Shown here piece after piece: positions 20,193-30,312 of a stretch of 64,000 bases of DNA; positions within the stretch are counted from its first letter, which is position 1; each line of letters opens with the position of its first letter. Under the pieces are notes generated by a model. The model did no database searches, had not been told where the DNA came from, and was given only the letters and a program-made list of their open reading frames with translations. The DNA is from Chitinophagales bacterium (GTDB taxonomy: Bacteria; Bacteroidota; Bacteroidia; Chitinophagales; JADJOU01): positions 10,896 to 74,895 of the forward strand of contig JAURJQ010000010.1 of the NCBI GenBank assembly GCA_030832185.1. Direction: 5' to 3'. The translations under genes were made by a program, and so were the position numbers.

Positions 20193-20778
20193 TCACTGGG
20201 AGATAGAAATATCTGATGGAGATGACGACGAAGATTTCAAGGAATTCACTACCATTTTTGATTTGAACTTCGATGATGATTCTGAGAATTTTCCTATTTA
20301 TGCGGGTCTTAGAGATAAGCTTATTTTTCTTTCAGCAGTAAAGCAATCTCTCTCCGAATCATCGTATATCTATCCTGCCAAGGTTCGTTCGCGCATTTTT
20401 GGTATCAATGCGATGGAGCATTATTTAAATACAGAATACATAGAAATTTCTGCATTTAGAAGGAATGAATGGAATTTTGCCCAAGAATTTATAGGGAAGA
20501 CAAATTTTAAATTAATCCAAACGGAAGATGTTGTAGGTATGTATCGGCCTAGTGTAGATTTTCTTGCGATCAATGAAAAGATTAGTCTTCTCAATAAAAA
20601 TGTGGTGTCCTTAGATCATGAATATTTTCAAAAAGAGTTCCAATATATTGACCAAATAGGAGTTACGGCTATATTTGAAGTCTTAATGGCAAAATATGAA
20701 GATACGAAAAATACAGCATATTTACCTTGTTCCCTGCTCAAACGCAAATACCTCCGCAATCATAACTTTGTAAAATGA
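20125..20778 (+). CDS. 3-hydroxyacyl-CoA dehydrogenase-like protein with degenerate NAD-binding loop (putative pseudoenzyme)
   Basis: By-eye collinearity with the Hbd/HCDH family. RILIIGEENRAN sits where V-I-G-A-G-x-M-G is expected. RIFGINAMEHYL parallels ViGmHFFNPa, and YLPCSLLKRKYL parallels Y-R-P-x-x-LLKKYV. Confidence 0.45.
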   Translation: MERILIIGEENRANLLRKKLESDHWEIEISDGDDDEDFKEFTTIFDLNFDDDSENFPIYAGLRDKLIFLSAVKQSLSESSYIYPAKVRSRIFGINAMEHYLNTEYIEISAFRRNEWNFAQEFIGKTNFKLIQTEDVVGMYRPSVDFLAINEKISLLNKNVVSLDHEYFQKEFQYIDQIGVTAIFEVLMAKYEDTKNTAYLPCSLLKRKYLRNHNFVK

Positions 20779-22016
20779 TGCTCATATATATTCCCTCACC
20801 AAGTATCCGAGCACAGTACGTCTTTGATTTTGTGCTGCGAGAGAGCTTGAATACGGAATATGAGTTTACATCCAATCTAGATTTTTTTTGCTCTGCAGAC
20901 AATCAATTTAAATGGGCTTATGGAGAAGAGATAGAATCCACTCCCTGTTTGCCAGCGGCAGCGCTGCTATGGCAAAAGGATATTCAGCATCAGACCTGCG
21001 CGCATATAATTCATGAAGATATTGTACCAATATTCCATGCAGATGAATTAAGAGGAGTCCATTTTGATGTTTTTGCGTCTATTTTTTATCTCATATCTCG
21101 ATACGAAGAATATCTGCCCTGCGTTAAGGACAATCACAGACGGTACGCTGCCATTCAGTCTATAGCATTACAGTATGGATTTTTAGAAACAGCTATGGTC
21201 AATCGCTATATATTATGGTTGGCCAAATGGCTTCGGTCTAATTATTCAGATTTAGATTTGAAACTATCTAAGCCAAAGTCCTTATTATCTGTAGATATAG
21301 ATCATCCTTTTTACACCCGAGATGTTTCCCTCGGAAAGTGGCTCAAACGTAGCCTAAAAGAAATGTCTTTTCTTACTGAAAAGGATAAATACGATACGAC
21401 AGAATATATGCTAGATAAAATGGGAGACTTGGCATCTATATTTTTTATTCTCTGTCCGCAGCAGCCATCAGATATAGATCATTTTAATCATCGTGATTCG
21501 GAAGCATTTTTGTCTATGATAGATAGACTTCGCAGCAGGTCTAAAATTGGATTACATCCTTCTTATTATGCAGAGGAGAGAAAGCTTATGTCAGAAGAAC
21601 TCGCATGGCTCGCTCATCAGCACCAGCGGCAGATAAAATCTATTCGTTTTCATTATCTTCGGTTCGATGTAGAGACCACGCCAGATTTACTATTGACGCA
21701 CGATATTCAAAATGATTTTTCACTAGGCTATGGCACGCATATCGGTTTTAGGACGAGTACTAGTTTGCCATTTTATTGGTTTGATTTGAAAAAGAATAGA
21801 AAAACGAGTTTAAAAATATACACGCCATGCCTTATGGATAGTCTATTTAAGTATCACGGTAAACAAAAATATAGAGAGCATTTTCTGCAACTAGTAGAAG
21901 AAGTGAAGAACTATGGAGGCGTGTTTATTCCCATATTTCATAATGACATTATTGCAGATGAGGAGTGGAGGGAACATTTTGAATATAGCGTGGAGCTCAT
22001 TAAGAAGATGAACTAA
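20775..22016 (+). CDS. Hypothetical protein, possibly divergent polysaccharide-deacetylase-like
   Basis: ATGA start/stop overlap with the upstream gene. Motifs FDVFASIFYLISRYEEYL, SVDIDHPF and IGLHPSYYA recall a Bacteroidota deacetylase-like family from memory. Not verifiable here. Confidence 0.45.
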   Translation: MMLIYIPSPSIRAQYVFDFVLRESLNTEYEFTSNLDFFCSADNQFKWAYGEEIESTPCLPAAALLWQKDIQHQTCAHIIHEDIVPIFHADELRGVHFDVFASIFYLISRYEEYLPCVKDNHRRYAAIQSIALQYGFLETAMVNRYILWLAKWLRSNYSDLDLKLSKPKSLLSVDIDHPFYTRDVSLGKWLKRSLKEMSFLTEKDKYDTTEYMLDKMGDLASIFFILCPQQPSDIDHFNHRDSEAFLSMIDRLRSRSKIGLHPSYYAEERKLMSEELAWLAHQHQRQIKSIRFHYLRFDVETTPDLLLTHDIQNDFSLGYGTHIGFRTSTSLPFYWFDLKKNRKTSLKIYTPCLMDSLFKYHGKQKYREHFLQLVEEVKNYGGVFIPIFHNDIIADEEWREHFEYSVELIKKMN

Positions 22017-22229
22017 TTTTTATAGACAAAGAGAATATTTCTAAAGTAGCGCCAAACCTGAGGTAAGATTTAAAATATTACGGGAGTTCTAGAATTTTAT
22101 AGTCTTTTTAGTGGCCTAATTCTATTATGATAAGTCAAATATTATAAAAGCAAAGCATGATTAAAAATCTATAAGCTGAATTAGAATGAATATTGTGAAA
22201 TAATCAAATAGACCGTATCTTGGCCGACC

Positions 22230-23174
22230 ATGAATTATAGAGTCTTACCTAGCTCCAATATCGATGCGCAGAAATGGAATGACTGCGTCCAGAGATATGC
22301 CATGGATATTTATAACGAATATCATTTTCTCAATGCGGTATGTCGTGATCATTGGTTTGGTTTTGTATGGGGTGACTATGAAAAAATTCTGCCTTTCTAT
22401 CAGAAGAAAAAATGGGGATTCATTCCTTATATCTGTATGCCCCCATTTTGTCAGAAATTTGACAATAGGTCTTTGTCTCCAAGTGAATGGCAAGAAGCAT
22501 TTACATATTTGAAATCAAATAATCTAAAGCTAGATTATGCTGTAACGGAAAATAAAAACAATGAAAACTGGGAGATTCGAAAAAATTATATTTTAAATAA
22601 AACTAATAAAACTGCCCAGGAGATACAAGACAACTATTCCGGTTTATTGAAAAAGAACTTAAAACGTGCCAATTCTGAACTGAGGTTAGATGTAGAATTT
22701 TCTCATACTGCTATAGAGACTTTTCTTGCCAGTCTTCCTCTATTCCAATCATTAGTGTTAGATAAGTTCGCCCATGTTTTTTGGAAGCTAAAAAGGACTC
22801 ATTTAAAATTTTGCTATGCAATTGATATAAATACTAATCAAGCTTTGGCCATTCTGATGTATGTTAAATATTCGAAAAAAGCTTATTTGCTATTTCCCTA
22901 TACTTCTGAAGAAGGAAAAAAGAGGCAGGCCATGAGTTTTTTAATTAATGCTTTGGTAGAAGGTGATTCTGTAGAAATTGTTGATTTTGAGGGCTCTAAT
23001 ATTGATTCTATTGCTAATTTTTATGCTCAGTTTGGCGCTGTCAAGCAGGAATATTGGACAATTCATTGGAAAAAGTCTTTTTTCCATATTGGTAATTCAT
23101 TTTTAGCAAATTATGGTTATCTTTGCACTCCCATTTTTTTAGAATGGGTACTAACCATATTTTTTAACCCTTAA
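22230..23174 (+). CDS. Hypothetical protein, possibly FemAB/GNAT-like acyltransferase
   Basis: 314 aa. The overall pattern (LKKNLKRANSE..., C-terminal FYAQFGA) is weakly reminiscent of FemAB-type GNAT proteins. The C-terminal tail probably runs over the rpsA promoter. Confidence 0.35.
   Translation: MNYRVLPSSNIDAQKWNDCVQRYAMDIYNEYHFLNAVCRDHWFGFVWGDYEKILPFYQKKKWGFIPYICMPPFCQKFDNRSLSPSEWQEAFTYLKSNNLKLDYAVTENKNNENWEIRKNYILNKTNKTAQEIQDNYSGLLKKNLKRANSELRLDVEFSHTAIETFLASLPLFQSLVLDKFAHVFWKLKRTHLKFCYAIDINTNQALAILMYVKYSKKAYLLFPYTSEEGKKRQAMSFLINALVEGDSVEIVDFEGSNIDSIANFYAQFGAVKQEYWTIHWKKSFFHIGNSFLANYGYLCTPIFLEWVLTIFFNP
23118..23125 (+). promoter_or_regulatory. Candidate -7 box TATCTTTG for rpsA
   Basis: TAnnTTTG, 64 nt upstream of the rpsA ATG. 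Confidence 0.3.
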
Positions 23175-23189
23175 AAAAATACCCTTGCC

Positions 23190-24998
23190 ATGCAAGATAC
23201 TAACAACACAGCAGCGTATAACACTGCACACGATGATTTCGATTGGTCAATAAGTAAGAGAAATGTAACCACTTACGACGAACCTACGAGAAAAAATTAC
23301 GATGAAATGTACGGTAACTCATTGAATACCATTAATGAGCACGAGATTATTTCTGGAAAAGTAGCCGCTATTACGTCTTCTGATGTAGTATTAAATGTAG
23401 GTTTTAAATCAGACGGATTAGTTCCATTATCTGAATTTAGAGATATCGAGACACTAGAAATAGGCCAAGAATATGAGGTCTATGTCATGTCAAAAGAAGA
23501 TAAAAAAGGTCACCTTGTATTATCTAGAAAGAATGCGAAACTATTCAAAGCTTGGGAGCAAATTAAAACATCTCATGCTAATGAAGAAATTGTTACTGGA
23601 CTTATAAAGTCTAAGACAAAAGGAGGACTTATCGCTGATGTATTCGGTTTAGAGACGTTCTTACCAGGATCTCAGATCGATGTGAAGCCTATTACAGATT
23701 ACGATCAGTATGTAGGAAAGACCATGGATTTAAAAATAGTCAAAATCAACGAACTTATTAAAAATGCGGTAGTATCTCATAAGGCGCTTATCGAAGCAGA
23801 CTTAGAAGGTCAGAGAGCTGCTATCATAGGTCAGTTAGAGAAAGGACAAGTGTTAGAAGGTGTTGTTAAGAATATTACAGATTTCGGAGCATTCATGGAT
23901 CTTGGAGGCGTAGATGGTCTTCTTTATATTACAGATATTTCATGGGGCAGAATACAACACCCTACAGAGATACTAGCTATCAATGATAAAGTGAACGTAG
24001 TTGTACTTGATTTTGATGATGATAAAAAGAGAATATCTTTAGGTATGAAGCAACTCACTAAGCATCCTTGGGATGAAATGATGGAGAAGCTAAATGTTGG
24101 AGATACAATCGAAGGAAGAGTAGTGAATGTAGAAGATTATGGTGCTTTCTTAGAATTGACACCTGGTGTAGAAGGTCTAGTGCACGTATCTGAGATTTCA
24201 TGGTCCAATCAGCCAGTAAATAGCCGTGAATTCTTCAAAGTAGGAGAGACACATAGTGCTAAAATAATGACGATAGATAATGACGAGCGTAAAATGTCTC
24301 TTTCTATCAAGCATCTTCAGGAAGATCCTTGGGGTAGTATTGCAGAAAAATTTGCGAAAGGATCCAAACATTCTGGTCTTGTGAAAAATATTACGGCTTA
24401 CGGAGTATTTGTAGAGCTAGCAGAAGGTATTGGAGGTATGGTGCATATTTCAGATCTTAGCTGGACAAAGCGCTACGGACATCCTAGCGAATTCACCTCT
24501 GTAGGTAAAGATATAGAGGTAGTGATTCTAGAAATAGATAATGAGGCGAGAAAAATTACCTTAGGACATAAGCAAATAGAAGAAGATCCATGGGATACTT
24601 TTGAGAATGTATTTCCTGTAGGTAGTATTCATGAAGCTACTGTAATTAAAAGAGATGAGAAAGGTGCAGAAGTAGCTCTTCCTTATGGATTAGAAGCATT
24701 TGCCCCTACGAGACATGCTAAGAAAGAAGATGGCTCTATCATAGATATCGATCATAAATATGAATTTAAAGTCATAGAGTTCGATAGAAACGATAAAAGA
24801 ATCCTAGTTTCGCATACTAGAGTCTGGGAAGAGAAAAAATCAGAGGAAAAAGCTGCAGAGCATGATGAGAAAAAAGCAGAAGCTCTAAAAACTAAAAAAG
24901 CTGTTCAAAAATTAAACTCGTCTACCGATAAATCTACACTAGGAGATATAGATGCTCTTCAGTCTTTGAAGGAGCAAATGGATAAAAACGAGAATTAA
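23190..24998 (+). CDS. rpsA: 30S ribosomal protein S1
   Basis: 602 aa with six S1 repeats (e.g. GVVKNITDFGAFMDLGGVDGLLYITDISW, GRVVNVEDYGAFLELTPGVEGLVHVSEISW) and an acidic/lysine-rich C-terminal tail. Confidence 0.97.
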   Translation: MQDTNNTAAYNTAHDDFDWSISKRNVTTYDEPTRKNYDEMYGNSLNTINEHEIISGKVAAITSSDVVLNVGFKSDGLVPLSEFRDIETLEIGQEYEVYVMSKEDKKGHLVLSRKNAKLFKAWEQIKTSHANEEIVTGLIKSKTKGGLIADVFGLETFLPGSQIDVKPITDYDQYVGKTMDLKIVKINELIKNAVVSHKALIEADLEGQRAAIIGQLEKGQVLEGVVKNITDFGAFMDLGGVDGLLYITDISWGRIQHPTEILAINDKVNVVVLDFDDDKKRISLGMKQLTKHPWDEMMEKLNVGDTIEGRVVNVEDYGAFLELTPGVEGLVHVSEISWSNQPVNSREFFKVGETHSAKIMTIDNDERKMSLSIKHLQEDPWGSIAEKFAKGSKHSGLVKNITAYGVFVELAEGIGGMVHISDLSWTKRYGHPSEFTSVGKDIEVVILEIDNEARKITLGHKQIEEDPWDTFENVFPVGSIHEATVIKRDEKGAEVALPYGLEAFAPTRHAKKEDGSIIDIDHKYEFKVIEFDRNDKRILVSHTRVWEEKKSEEKAAEHDEKKAEALKTKKAVQKLNSSTDKSTLGDIDALQSLKEQMDKNEN

Positions 24999-25020
24999 TT
25001 GATAGATTCTTAATTTTGTT

Positions 25021-25048
25021 AAAGCCACTCAGCAATGGGTGGCTTTTT
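25021..25048 (+). terminator. Intrinsic terminator after rpsA
   Basis: AAAGCCAC (25021-25028) pairs with GTGGCTTT (25039-25046) and is followed by a T-run. Confidence 0.7.
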
Positions 25049-25079
25049 ATGTTTCTTTCCAAATCAATAAAAAAAAGCA

Positions 25080-25087
25080 TACATTTG
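25080..25087 (+). promoter_or_regulatory. Candidate -7 box TACATTTG for the CNNM/CorC gene
   Basis: TAnnTTTG, 25 nt upstream of the ATG at 25113. Confidence 0.45.
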
Positions 25088-25112
25088 CTATATATATCTA
25101 TTCTAAATCTAT

Positions 25113-26423
25113 ATGGATTCTGAACCCCTGAGTTACAATAATTTATTCCTCACACTTTTTCTCGTAATTTTAAATGGATTTTTCGTAGCAGCAGAGTTTG
25201 CTATCGTTAAAGTTAGAAGTTCTCAGTTAGAGACTATAAAAGAAGGATTTGTATCTAAAATAGCTAAATCTATTGTTCAACATTTAGATGGCTATTTAGC
25301 TGCTACCCAGCTAGGGATTACTTTGGCCTCACTAGCACTAGGTTGGGTCGGAGAGAAAGCGATGGAGCAGCTGATTCATGGCATACTATCAAGCTTGAGT
25401 TTTATAGAGCCCGCTCAAGCGCAGAGCCTTTCTGATAAATTTGCCTTGCCTGTTGGTTTCTTCATTATCACCATGCTCCATATCGTCTTCGGAGAGTTGA
25501 TTCCTAAGTCTATGGCTATTCGCAGTCCTTTGAAAACTACACTTTATATTTCCACTCCTTTGAAGATTTTTAGAACTTTATTTCTGCCTCTGATTTCTTT
25601 TATGAACGGGTTAGCAAATTTGTTTTTAAAGACTATGGGCATGAAAATGCATGAGGAATTAGTGCACAGTGAAGAAGAGTTGAAATTAATCATTTCGGAA
25701 AGTGCGGAAGGCGGCGCTATAGAGGATAGCGAGCGCGAATTGATACAGAATGTGTTTGACTTTGATGATAGACTAGTCAAGCAGATATTTGTGCATAATT
25801 CTAAGGTTGTAGGTATCCCTGTTGAGATAACTACAGAGGAGGCCTCCCGTATTGTTTTAGAGCAAGGTTACTCAAGATATCCTGTCTACAATGTTTCTTT
25901 AGATAACATTATAGGTATGGTACACTCTAAGGATATATTAAAGAATCTCATAGAAAAACAATCGAAAAAGCTGAGTGAAATTAAGAGAGATGTATTGTTT
26001 ATCAACGAGAACAAACGCGTTATAGATGTGCTTCGCTCTTTTCAAAAGCATAAAACAGAGTTTGGTATAGTAGTTGATGAATTTGGAGCTACTATAGGAA
26101 TTATTACTATGGAGGATATTCTGGAAGAATTGGTTGGAGATATCCAGGATGAGCATGATGAAGAAATCAGTATTGTAGAAAAAGTAGATGAGACTATCTT
26201 TAGAATTTATTCACTGAATAGCCTTGATGATATAAATGAGCATCTACCTCATGATATTCCTAAGGATGAAACCTATGAGACCTTATCAGGCTATATTGCT
26301 TCTTTGAGTCCAGATCTGCCAGCAAATGGAGAGGTGTTTGAAGATGAATTTTATCATTATAAGATATTAACTATGAGCAGAAAGAGTCCAGAATTGGTTG
26401 AAGTGAAGCTTAAGAATTACTAA
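25113..26423 (+). CDS. CNNM/TlyC/CorC-family membrane protein (DUF21 + CBS pair + CorC_HlyC)
   Basis: N-terminal four-TM DUF21 with FVAAEFAIVKVR, then a CBS pair and a C-terminal transporter-associated domain. Confidence 0.9.
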   Translation: MDSEPLSYNNLFLTLFLVILNGFFVAAEFAIVKVRSSQLETIKEGFVSKIAKSIVQHLDGYLAATQLGITLASLALGWVGEKAMEQLIHGILSSLSFIEPAQAQSLSDKFALPVGFFIITMLHIVFGELIPKSMAIRSPLKTTLYISTPLKIFRTLFLPLISFMNGLANLFLKTMGMKMHEELVHSEEELKLIISESAEGGAIEDSERELIQNVFDFDDRLVKQIFVHNSKVVGIPVEITTEEASRIVLEQGYSRYPVYNVSLDNIIGMVHSKDILKNLIEKQSKKLSEIKRDVLFINENKRVIDVLRSFQKHKTEFGIVVDEFGATIGIITMEDILEELVGDIQDEHDEEISIVEKVDETIFRIYSLNSLDDINEHLPHDIPKDETYETLSGYIASLSPDLPANGEVFEDEFYHYKILTMSRKSPELVEVKLKNY

Positions 26424-26476
26424 TGTGGATTACTTTGATATCTAGGTAGCTAAATAATTTATATTTTCGCATACAT

Positions 26477-27148
26477 ATGGTAGGAAATAAACACGCTATT
26501 GTAGTAGGTGCAAATGGTCTAGTAGGCGCGGAACTTACTAAGCAGTTATTAGAGAATGAGAACTATTCTAAAGTGTCTCTGGTAGTGAGAAGATATCTAG
26601 ATTTGGAACATGAAAAACTAGATATTCAAATTATAGATTTTCGCAATATTCATAAGGATTGGAATGTATTTGTCTGTGACCACATTTATTATTGTCTAGG
26701 TACCACCAAATCTAAAACACCAAAAGCAGACGATTATCACAAAGTAGAATATGACTATTGTCTAAATATAGCAAAAATAGCCCATCACAATAAGGTTAAG
26801 AAATTCCTTTATGTAAGTTCATCTGGCGCCAGTGTTTCGTCATGGTTTACCTATCTAAAATTGAGAGGAAGTTTGGAGGTAGAGCTCATAAAAATTGGTT
26901 TTGACTCCCTTCATATTTTTCGACCTTATGTCTTACTTGGCAAGAGATCAGACTTTAGATTGGGAGAATCTGTTGTTCAATTCTTACTTCGTCTATTTAA
27001 TTTTATGATGATCGGCTTTCTGAAAAATATCAAAGGTATGCCAGTGGGTCAATTAGCTAAAGCTATGATTCATAATGCTATGCTGCCCACTAAAGGCGTC
27101 TTTGTCTATTCCAATAAAAGTATTCATGATTTTCTTTCTAAGAAGTAG
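26477..27148 (+). CDS. NAD(P)-binding Rossmann-fold protein (atypical SDR / HTATIP2-like)
   Basis: N-terminal AIVVGANGLVGAEL glycine-rich loop; 223 aa. Confidence 0.65.
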   Translation: MVGNKHAIVVGANGLVGAELTKQLLENENYSKVSLVVRRYLDLEHEKLDIQIIDFRNIHKDWNVFVCDHIYYCLGTTKSKTPKADDYHKVEYDYCLNIAKIAHHNKVKKFLYVSSSGASVSSWFTYLKLRGSLEVELIKIGFDSLHIFRPYVLLGKRSDFRLGESVVQFLLRLFNFMMIGFLKNIKGMPVGQLAKAMIHNAMLPTKGVFVYSNKSIHDFLSKK

Positions 27149-29141
27149 TATTCTTTTTATACTCATTCTCTTAGTTCAAAGTGGATATGCCCAGTTTGAA
27201 AAAAATTCAGTGCGAAACACTTCTATTGAATACGAAAAAGACCTTATAGCCGACACAACAGCTAATTATTTAAAGATTATGCTCTGCGGAGATCTAATTC
27301 ATAAAAGTCAATTATTAAAAAAATATGGACAATCTAGCCCAGGTAAATATAGCTATCGAAGCTGGTTCAGACAGGTCAAGCCACTATTCTTCTATCCAGA
27401 TTATGTAGTAGGCAGCCTACGCTCCTTTTTTCCTAATCGCGGAAATGTGTCCACTTTCCCCAATAGTGCGCCTGATGAATTCCTAGCTGAGCTGGATTAT
27501 ACAGGCTTCAATGTATTGATGATGTCGAATGCAGATGCTCTGACGGATCGAGAATATTTGAATCAAATGACTCTGAAAAAAATGAATTATTCAGATATAT
27601 TTCGAGTAGGCTCTTATAGAGATTCCTCGGATAAAAAGTCTAATTTCCCTTTAGTCTTGGAGAAAAAAGATATGCGTATTGCCTTTTTAAATTATTCCTG
27701 CGATTCTCTTTTGCTCGACTTACCTTCTCATCAAGTAAATTTCTTTGAGATAGATTCTGTTCGAAAGGATGTAAAGAAAGCAAGAGATACAATGATGGCA
27801 GAGTTTGTTATAGCCTATATAGATTGGGCGAAAAATGATTCTCTGAAATTAACAAAGGTGGCAGAATTACTCAATATGGGAATTGATGTCATCATAGGAA
27901 CAGGAAATGGGGAAGCCTTTACTAATGCAGATTTGTTAGCATACTCAGATGGTACGTTAAAGCTTCATATAGATAATATCGGCTACTTTAACGCAGAATC
28001 TAATGAAAGAGCTCGAGATAAATCAGCTGTGATAGAGGTTGTTTTGAAAAAAGACAAAGCAACAAAGAAGGTAACAACTCACGATATGGGCTTTATTCCT
28101 ATTTGGACACTAATGGATAATGATAGATATGCCGTACTTCCTATTTCTAATATCGAAGAAAAATATATCGAAGACATCAATTTAAATATCATTCAGTATT
28201 CTGCTATGAAGATAGCTTTGACGGATATGCGTTTTGCATTTTTCGATAAAATTCCAGAACTTCATTATGATTATAATGATAGAATTGTAGAAAATGTAGA
28301 ACAAACAAGCTTTATTAGAAAAACACTCATGCGAGAACAAGATAAGATAAATGAAGTAGTGAAAAATAGCGCATTAGATGAATATGTTAGTCTATTTGGC
28401 TCTAAGCCTCCTTCTCATGGTTCACTCGATATTCCTTATGAAGATATATGGGGTATGTATCCAAAAAAGGCAATGAAATTCAATAATGAGTGCATCCGAG
28501 ATACAACAGAAATATATGGTGAGAAAGACGAGCTATCTCCAAGAGGTGTTCTAAATGTAAAAGCCAATCATAGAATCTACACTCGAGAACGAGTTAAAGT
28601 TCTAACGGCTAGAGAGAAGTTTATCATTGACTCTACTAGAAAGTATAATGATCGTTTCATCGTAGTAGACAGTATAGCGGAATTGAAAAAGATGCTCAAG
28701 AAGAAAAAACAAGATAGTATGCGAAGACGAGATAGCTTGTTTCAGGCGAGTTTAAACCCTAATTATAAATCTAGCTATAATCCAGAACCTGAAATTTATA
28801 AGGCTCCAGAATATAAACCAGTACCAAAGTCAGGCGTCTATACGCAGGCTGAGACTAACCGAAATGAAGATAATATTCCAGTCAAAAATATTGAAGAGTA
28901 TTTCTTAGTTCAAATGTTCACTCTATCTAGTAAAAAACCTGTAGATTTAGATAAGTTCCCATACTTAAATGGCTATGAAATAAGGTATGAAGAAGGATTT
29001 TATCGGTATTATATAGGTAAAACCAATTCTAAATTATTAGCTATAGAGCTGCTTAAAAGCATAAGGTCAAAAGGTCATCCTGATGCCATGTTAGTTAAAT
29101 ATACGAATGGGATTAGAACAGCAGTAAAAACTAATTTTTAA
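27126..29141 (+). CDS. Secreted CapA/PGA_cap-like (metallophosphatase-fold) protein with C-terminal SPOR domain
   Basis: The ATG at 27126 gives the signal peptide MIFFLRSSILFILILLVQSGYAQ. CapA-like collinear blocks are KIMLCGDLIH, PDYVVGSLRS, GFNVLMMSNADALTD, MRIAFLNYS, FVIAYIDWAKND and GIDVIIGTGNGEAF. The last ~75 aa are SPOR-like (YFLVQMFTLSS...GFYRYYIGKTNS...AMLVKY). Confidence 0.55.
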   Translation: MIFFLRSSILFILILLVQSGYAQFEKNSVRNTSIEYEKDLIADTTANYLKIMLCGDLIHKSQLLKKYGQSSPGKYSYRSWFRQVKPLFFYPDYVVGSLRSFFPNRGNVSTFPNSAPDEFLAELDYTGFNVLMMSNADALTDREYLNQMTLKKMNYSDIFRVGSYRDSSDKKSNFPLVLEKKDMRIAFLNYSCDSLLLDLPSHQVNFFEIDSVRKDVKKARDTMMAEFVIAYIDWAKNDSLKLTKVAELLNMGIDVIIGTGNGEAFTNADLLAYSDGTLKLHIDNIGYFNAESNERARDKSAVIEVVLKKDKATKKVTTHDMGFIPIWTLMDNDRYAVLPISNIEEKYIEDINLNIIQYSAMKIALTDMRFAFFDKIPELHYDYNDRIVENVEQTSFIRKTLMREQDKINEVVKNSALDEYVSLFGSKPPSHGSLDIPYEDIWGMYPKKAMKFNNECIRDTTEIYGEKDELSPRGVLNVKANHRIYTRERVKVLTAREKFIIDSTRKYNDRFIVVDSIAELKKMLKKKKQDSMRRRDSLFQASLNPNYKSSYNPEPEIYKAPEYKPVPKSGVYTQAETNRNEDNIPVKNIEEYFLVQMFTLSSKKPVDLDKFPYLNGYEIRYEEGFYRYYIGKTNSKLLAIELLKSIRSKGHPDAMLVKYTNGIRTAVKTNF

Positions 29142-29142
29142 G

Positions 29143-30312
29143 ATGCAAATCATCTCAGAGCCAGGCTGCCAAGTGTTTAAATTAGTAGCCTTATTTCCTA
29201 TCGGTAGAAACCTAGAGTCTAAACGCGCACTAGTGCAATCAGTAGCTGCTATGATGAAGAAATCGACTCAAAAGAAAACAAATAAAAGACTACATGAATG
29301 GTTAGATAAGTATAGCATTCAAATAGAAATTTTTTCTACTCCTACCCACTTTACTGCAGAATTGTATTGTCATGTTCAATTTTTAAATCAAGCTATTCCT
29401 ATTTTCTTTGAAATTCTTTTTCAGGCTAAATTTATAAAAACACAATGGCATATGGTGAGAGATCAAACGATGAGTTTTATCGAGCAGCAAATGAAGCAAA
29501 CAGATTTCTGGGCAGATAAGTTGCTCTCTGAGCATCTTCTTGGCAAACAACATCCACTCGGATATTATAGTTGTCCAAAGGATTATACCCATATTAATCT
29601 AGAAGATATAGAGCATTTTTATAAAGAATTTATACAAACATGTAAGCCTCAGTTTTTCCTTGCAGGAGATAATACAGTCGATGCATTGAAGCTAGTAAAT
29701 ATTGAAATGAAAAACTATCGTTTTTCAAATCGAACAAAGAGCAAGTCTATTTCTATTGAGCAGAATCTGCCGCAGATGATAGAGAGAAAATTGACTGCAA
29801 CAGCTCAGGCCTCTGTGCGTTTAGGTCAGCTTTTTGAGCGTAAATCATTTCAAGACTTTCAGAATTTAGAGTTGCTTAATATATTCCTTGGGGGATACTA
29901 TATGTCTGAGCTGATGAAATTACTAAGAGTCGAATTAGGATTGACTTATGGGGTATATTCACACCTCAATCATTTCCCAGGCTACTCTGTTTTTTATATA
30001 GGATTTGAGACTGATAAAAAGAATCTTGCTATGGCTTTAGACGCAATATCTAACTTATTTTTACGTTTGAAAAAAGATATGAAACTAAAAATAGCTGAGT
30101 CAGCGAAAGAATACTATAGCCAATGGTCAAAAAATGGAGAGCGTTCTCTTCAAGAGATAACATATGCTGTGCGAATGAAGAAACTAGGATATTCTTATCT
30201 CGACTATCTCACATGGGTGAATTCGCTCGAAAATTTACCTAAGTCTGCAACTATTTCTATAGAATCTACTATTTTTGATTTTTCTAAATATTCTAAAACC
30301 ATAGTGTATTGA
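29143..30312 (+). CDS. M16 (insulinase)-family protein lacking the HxxEH zinc motif
   Basis: M16-type blocks HPLGYYSCPKDYTHINLEDIEHFYKEF..FFLAGD and LNIFLGGYYMSELMKLLRVELGLTYGVYS. The position of HxxEH reads VQSVAAMM. Confidence 0.55.
   Translation: MQIISEPGCQVFKLVALFPIGRNLESKRALVQSVAAMMKKSTQKKTNKRLHEWLDKYSIQIEIFSTPTHFTAELYCHVQFLNQAIPIFFEILFQAKFIKTQWHMVRDQTMSFIEQQMKQTDFWADKLLSEHLLGKQHPLGYYSCPKDYTHINLEDIEHFYKEFIQTCKPQFFLAGDNTVDALKLVNIEMKNYRFSNRTKSKSISIEQNLPQMIERKLTATAQASVRLGQLFERKSFQDFQNLELLNIFLGGYYMSELMKLLRVELGLTYGVYSHLNHFPGYSVFYIGFETDKKNLAMALDAISNLFLRLKKDMKLKIAESAKEYYSQWSKNGERSLQEITYAVRMKKLGYSYLDYLTWVNSLENLPKSATISIESTIFDFSKYSKTIVY

Noticed and set aside
22245-22512. Two 82-aa ORFs (one per strand) overlapping the 5' part of the 314-aa gene
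   Set aside because: They lie entirely inside a longer ORF that has a better start. No independent evidence supports them.
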